Shown in pieces: positions 60,301 to 64,000 of a stretch of 64,000 nt of DNA. The translations under genes were made by a program, and so were the position numbers. This stretch comes from Amoebophrya sp. A120. Lineage: Eukaryota > Protista > Dinoflagellata. Position 1 is the first letter of the stretch, and each line of letters opens with the position of its first letter. Under the pieces are notes generated by a model. That model was not told the origin of the DNA and did no database searches. It saw only the letters and a program-made list of their open reading frames with translations. Location of the stretch: NCBI GenBank assembly GCA_905178155.1, contig CAJINV010000010.1:2472466-2536465 (forward strand), given 5' to 3'.

Positions 60301-61733
60301 GATCCTGTCGCGCCTGAAGTTGATGTACTACACGGCATGAAGATCATCAGGAGCCCTAGTGCACTTCCGGAAGGTATGCAAGAAAAAAGTGTGTAAGTGT
60401 AAGTCTGTGATGCAGAAAATGCAAAACAGTTACACTTGTCATGCTGGACATGCATCAGAAGCTCTTTTTGTACGTGTTTTTACGTACTAGCCGCGCATAA
60501 CAGGAGGCTCTCTCTGTCATGCAGAGAAAACTGATGCTATTCCACCGAGAAAGTGACACTAACACAGTTTTTTTCTTGGATAGAAGGGAGCAGAGGGATA
60601 TTGACCCGCCCCCCACCATATCATGTGCAAAAATGTCGGGGTCTGGAAGGTTGCAGCTTGTGATGCTGTCTTTGGATTCCAAAAGAATCTGTATTGCATG
60701 ACTAGCAAAAGGCGTCCAGTTTATTGTGCTACACGGGGAGAGCATTTCTCATGCGGAATAAGCATCAGAAAGCCTTCTAAAGATCTGGGATGCTAGGGCA
60801 TGCATTACAGACATCATGGGTCATGCAAAATGAAAATATGCAAAAATACGCCCCCTCCTCGGGGGGGGTATAAATTCGGGCGCAATGACAAAAAGAGGCG
60901 GAACGCAGCGAGGAGAGTTGCCTCGCTGACGTTACCGACCCCAAAAAGATCCGTAGCGTAGACGTGCGCACATTGCGCGAGAGATCCAGTAAGCGTATTG
61001 GATGTCCCCCCTCTATTAGATTGTCGTCAAGGATAGTAGCCGATAGCTTTACTGCATTGCCGCCTTCGCGATATTTTTTAGCGGACCCCGCACAAGATCC
61101 CTCATGCGCTTCCCACTTAGTAAGAGTAACACTATGACTAACATTGCAAACACATAGACTCCCCTCGCTTCGGCACACCTCATCTGCCTAGTCGCCCCTA
61201 GGCAGGTGCAGGAATTTTCTGTGTGGGCTTTTTCTGATTAATTATTCCGACAGGGGCTGCGTCTTTTTTTTCTGCCTTGCCAGCAGAGTATGTATGAAAG
61301 GGGGGGGCTGACGGAAGTGGAGCGAGACCTTGGTGCTGGAGCAGGGGACAAGAGTGGAAATGGTACAAACAAAACAAAAGCACCAATATACCCGCGCCAT
61401 CTGCTTAACTGTGTGAATTATTGTGTCGGCCCGGTCCTGTTTAGTCGCAGGTCGGTGTCCGTGAGATCAGAATTCACATGTTAAGTAACGCACACCGGCT
61501 CCTAGATAAAAAAAAATGATGAATTTATATGCGAATGGGGCCCAATCAAAAAAAAAAATATGCATGACAAACCTGGCGATTTTCCAGACCCAGACATTTT
61601 TGCAGTTGATACGCCATCGCACCGGCCGCCCGCCCTGGCAGCACATGATTACTCCACGTCCGCCTTTTCGCCGCCGGCGACTGCCGAGGAATGGGAAAGG
61701 CTACAGATGCTTCGCGGGTACCAAGAGTATTGA
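36315..61733 (+). CDS. Very large putative type-I membrane protein with a duplicated extracellular domain; ~50 introner introns
   Basis: The frame was traced by eye across the introners from 36361 to 60619 and ends at TGA 61731-61733; a few junctions (37077, 51965, 52208) have degenerate TSDs. Hydrophobic N-terminal stretch AAAIFVIAFSAF. Internal repeat VYFNDTLASPK(E/D)W(E/Q)ELTVGALKAFLP...GYQVC...GFDC...AKC(A/S)EDLQVSKII occurs twice. TM LGAVWAVLLVLLVSALAIGGVLVCLYC (~52600-52985). The start may lie further upstream (elements at 35727 and ~36033). Confidence 0.7.
42072..42085 (+). other. Relic dinoflagellate spliced leader (3' 14 nt: CATTTTGGCTCAAG)
   Basis: Exact match to the 3' end of the conserved dinoSL (DCCGTAGCCATTTTGGCTCAAG), located at the left junction of an insertion. 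Confidence 0.75.
43153..43412. repeat. Minisatellite, ~21-bp period, core GTTGGCG(A/C)A
   Basis: About 12 copies of GTTGGCGAA/GTTGGCGCA at roughly 18-24 bp spacing. Confidence 0.8.
45973..46278. mobile_element. Introner family G (representative; ~305-325 bp)
   Basis: TIR TATGGAA(C/G)(T/C)GTCAG(G/A)ATCGAAAT. Other copies: 40570-40883, 41563-43582 (expanded by insertions), 56046-56369. Confidence 0.88.
47445..47759. mobile_element. Introner family H (representative; ~315 bp)
   Basis: TIR TATNNCNNTGAAAAA..CCCC. The second copy, 53592-53909, is in the opposite orientation. Confidence 0.8.
49735..50476 (+). mobile_element. Non-autonomous element (subterminal IR plus 3' hairpin) nested in E-family introner 49564-50589
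   Basis: IR GTAGTGAGGTC 49737-49747 / GACCTCACTAC 50429-50439 and hairpin CCGCCCCGGCGG 50442-50453. It shares the GCCATACCG...CGGTATGGC palindrome with the 32.8 kb element. Confidence 0.65.
58143..58942 (-). pseudogene. Captured 5' gene fragment (MQPQLQQQQQQPLL...) with two intact introners, antisense within an intron
   Basis: The minus-strand frame from ATG 58942 stays open across 58529-58780 (TSD GCCTT) and 58183-58390, then stops 11 codons later in unrelated repeat sequence. Confidence 0.5.
59280..60034. mobile_element. Insertion flanked by a 53-bp direct repeat, with a perfect 48-bp palindrome near its right end
   Basis: Direct repeat 59227-59279 / 60035-60087 (2 mismatches). Palindrome at 59955-60002. 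Confidence 0.7.
60843..61554. mobile_element. Insertion nested in A-family introner 60619-61611
   Basis: Flanked by an AAAATATGCA duplication. Hairpin CCCCCTCCTCGGGGG and a 9-bp IR (60869-60877/61521-61529). A-run at the right end. Confidence 0.55.
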
Positions 61734-63171
61734 ACCGATTCAGTTTGAAATAGGCTCTTGCTTGTTGGTGCCGCTGGTACCGTGCCACTGCGCGCGGCAC
61801 TAGCGACGCTCCTACAGGTTATTTCAAGAATAGTTCTACATGATCTTTTTGCTTGATTGTATATTTTCTTACTACACGACCCGTTTACGGTTTTTTATGT
61901 TGACGCGAAGATAAGAAGCAATTCACGATTGTCACGTGACGAGTACTAGTTGTAAGGTTATAATTACTGAAAAAAAAAACATTGTTCTTGTACTTCACTT
62001 CAATTTTGTGATGCGCAACATCCAAAGTGATTGCAGCTGTGATGCTGGGCATAATGCATTGACATTGTGCTGCGTCAAGCCATTGCACATTTTTGTAGGC
62101 CGATGTTGAAAAATAAAGAAGAACAAGTTATTTTATTCCAGCATTACAACGATACTGGTCGCAATTCCGATTATTTTTCCCCTCGGTCGTTCTCTGGCTC
62201 ATTTGATGTAAACGTGTGGCAGAGCAACAGCAAGAAGCACCTTTTCGTGTTCTCACAACTACATCTCTGATAATTCAGTGCGAGCAGTCGATTATTCGGG
62301 CGCTGCGACCCGCAAAAAATCATCGAGGAACGACGTCGGTATCATTGGTTTTTTCCTGCGTGCTGATATGCACACACAGTATGAATATTTTCTTTGACAT
62401 CTACTTCTGTCATCAAAAGAATGATCGACCTTATCCACATCCTCCGCCCTGCTTGTGCAGCTGGCTTCCGCGGCCGCCCATAGAGAGTTTCATTGTTGTC
62501 GGTCAAAGAACAAGTAGTACAGAAGTTGTCGTCGAAAATCGATGGATCATTTGAGATGATCATGTTGATGACGTCGTCTCTTGCGAAGATTTATTTCGGT
62601 CTCACCTGCTAAAACTTCTCTCGGATCATCGAAGATCTTCACAGGTGATAGATGTTGCGTCAATTATTATCCTGTGTGGCCCTTTTCAGGAACTACCCAC
62701 CTGTAGTCGATGCTCGTGCAGCTATTTGTAAACTATATATCCCCCACGAAATTATAATGAACTCGAACTCGAAGCGGGACTACAGTTTCTCATGCCAGTT
62801 TGTGGCTCTGGTTCTGGAAAAATAAGAATCTGTGATGGAGGTTTTGTTTCAGTACTTACTACGGTAGTAATTTTTACCCCCGATCATTATGGACACCACT
62901 TTCAGAACATCAAAGACGTGAACAATCGTTGACCCCGGTAAAAATTCGGAAGTGCTCGGTCCTGCTCTTTCTGACATTCCCTTTATTCCTTACTCTTATC
63001 GACACTAACTTACTACCGCACTTGCTTAGCACCGAGAGAATGTTAGTCGCGGTGTAGAAGATGCGGATCCTAGTGGTATTCTCCCAATGTTGGTAGATTA
63101 ATTGCGGAAGTTGTGGGAAATCGAAATCCAAATCTTTAGCAACAGTACAACTAGAACCATATCCCCCACCT

Positions 63172-63746
63172 ATGGATCCTACTAAGCGTGGCTACAAAAA
63201 CGCGCTGGACGCGTCCTACACTGGCGGTACGTCCCAGCTATCGTGGGGAAATTTGAAACTGTCGCAGTCTCACCTTGTGATGCGGAGCGTGGTCCTTGAG
63301 ACAGTTTTTTGTCATGCTTGTTCTCGACAGGTATAAGAATGAAATGGACACTTTAAAATAAGTACTAAGTACCTGTTTTATTCATCTCTTGCATCTGACG
63401 CTGAAGGAAATGAATAATAAAATCTGTAATGCTGAACCTGCATAAGGTTTGAGACTGAGGCAGTTTTTTCGTACGATGTCCGCCCCTGTTCGATTTCAAA
63501 GCGTATTCCAACAAGACGGCACATATCAACTGCAAAAGTATCGTACTCGTATAAATGCATTACAAATTTCCGCAGCATGAGAAATAAAATTTGTAATGCG
63601 GATTTGCGTTCAGAAAAAAATTTGTAATGCATGATTGCAATACGAGCACGATAGTACTTTAGCACAGGATACCACACCCAGTCGGGTACAGGTCGTCGTC
63701 GCAAAGCGGGACCACAAGAAATTCGAACAAAACTTCGCCCGAGTTG
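63172..63746 (+). CDS. 5' part of a hypothetical gene running off the window
   Basis: MDPTKRGYKNALDASYTGGTSQPLFDFKAYSNKTAHPVGYRSSSQSGTTRNSNKTSPEL is in frame after removing 63239-63478 and 63524-63671. The next introner starts at 63747. The strand is not certain. Confidence 0.45.
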
Positions 63747-64000
63747 TATCCTGATTAAAAACTACGTCCCCACGACCCCAGAGTCAAGTTGTCAAATCTG
63801 CTACACAAATCAGCCAGCTTTGGTTGTTTCGCATGACAAGTTTGGGTTCGTAGTGTAGTAGTCCTTTTTAGCTGGTGGAGCCGCATGACAAATTGGCTAC
63901 CTGATCCTGATTCCAGCATGACAAGAAAATACCAGATAGCACCACAGTAGAAAATGGCTGTCATTGGGCTCTGCATGAGAAACATTTTCAGCATGCAGAT

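Noticed and set aside
9533-61611. Recurring 'protein motifs' in the ORF track (MSGSGR, FQTQTFLHLI, PDPDIF, WGGGIF)
   Set aside because: These are translations of introner TIRs, not a protein family.

Overview
This is eukaryotic genomic DNA, most likely from a syndinian or dinoflagellate (Amoebophrya-like). That placement is inferred from the intron architecture and a relic dinoflagellate spliced leader at 42072-42085. The ORF track is mostly noise because the genes are interrupted by about 90 short (about 145-330 bp) non-autonomous transposon-like 'introners' from roughly 10 TIR families. Almost all begin TAT and end ATA, have 20-45 bp terminal inverted repeats and a 5-bp target-site duplication (TSD), and share a phased internal motif TGT(C/G/A)ATGC. 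Deleting each element plus one TSD copy, by eye, restores continuous reading frames. The recovered genes are a SWEET/MtN3 transporter, two low-complexity hypothetical proteins, a small secreted protein, a DUF4116-repeat protein with one in-frame TAG, and a ~25 kb, ~50-intron type-I membrane protein. Many junctions cannot be GT-AG in any register. Also present are an intronless F-box protein gene, two identical 35-aa Met/Lys-rich micro-ORFs with a conserved 3' stem-loop, and a covarying hairpin array at the window start. A second layer of 0.7-1.7 kb insertions includes several with unusually long (39-75 bp) flanking duplications, one starting with a spliced leader, and some carrying captured gene fragments. 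All calls were made by eye, without database searches.
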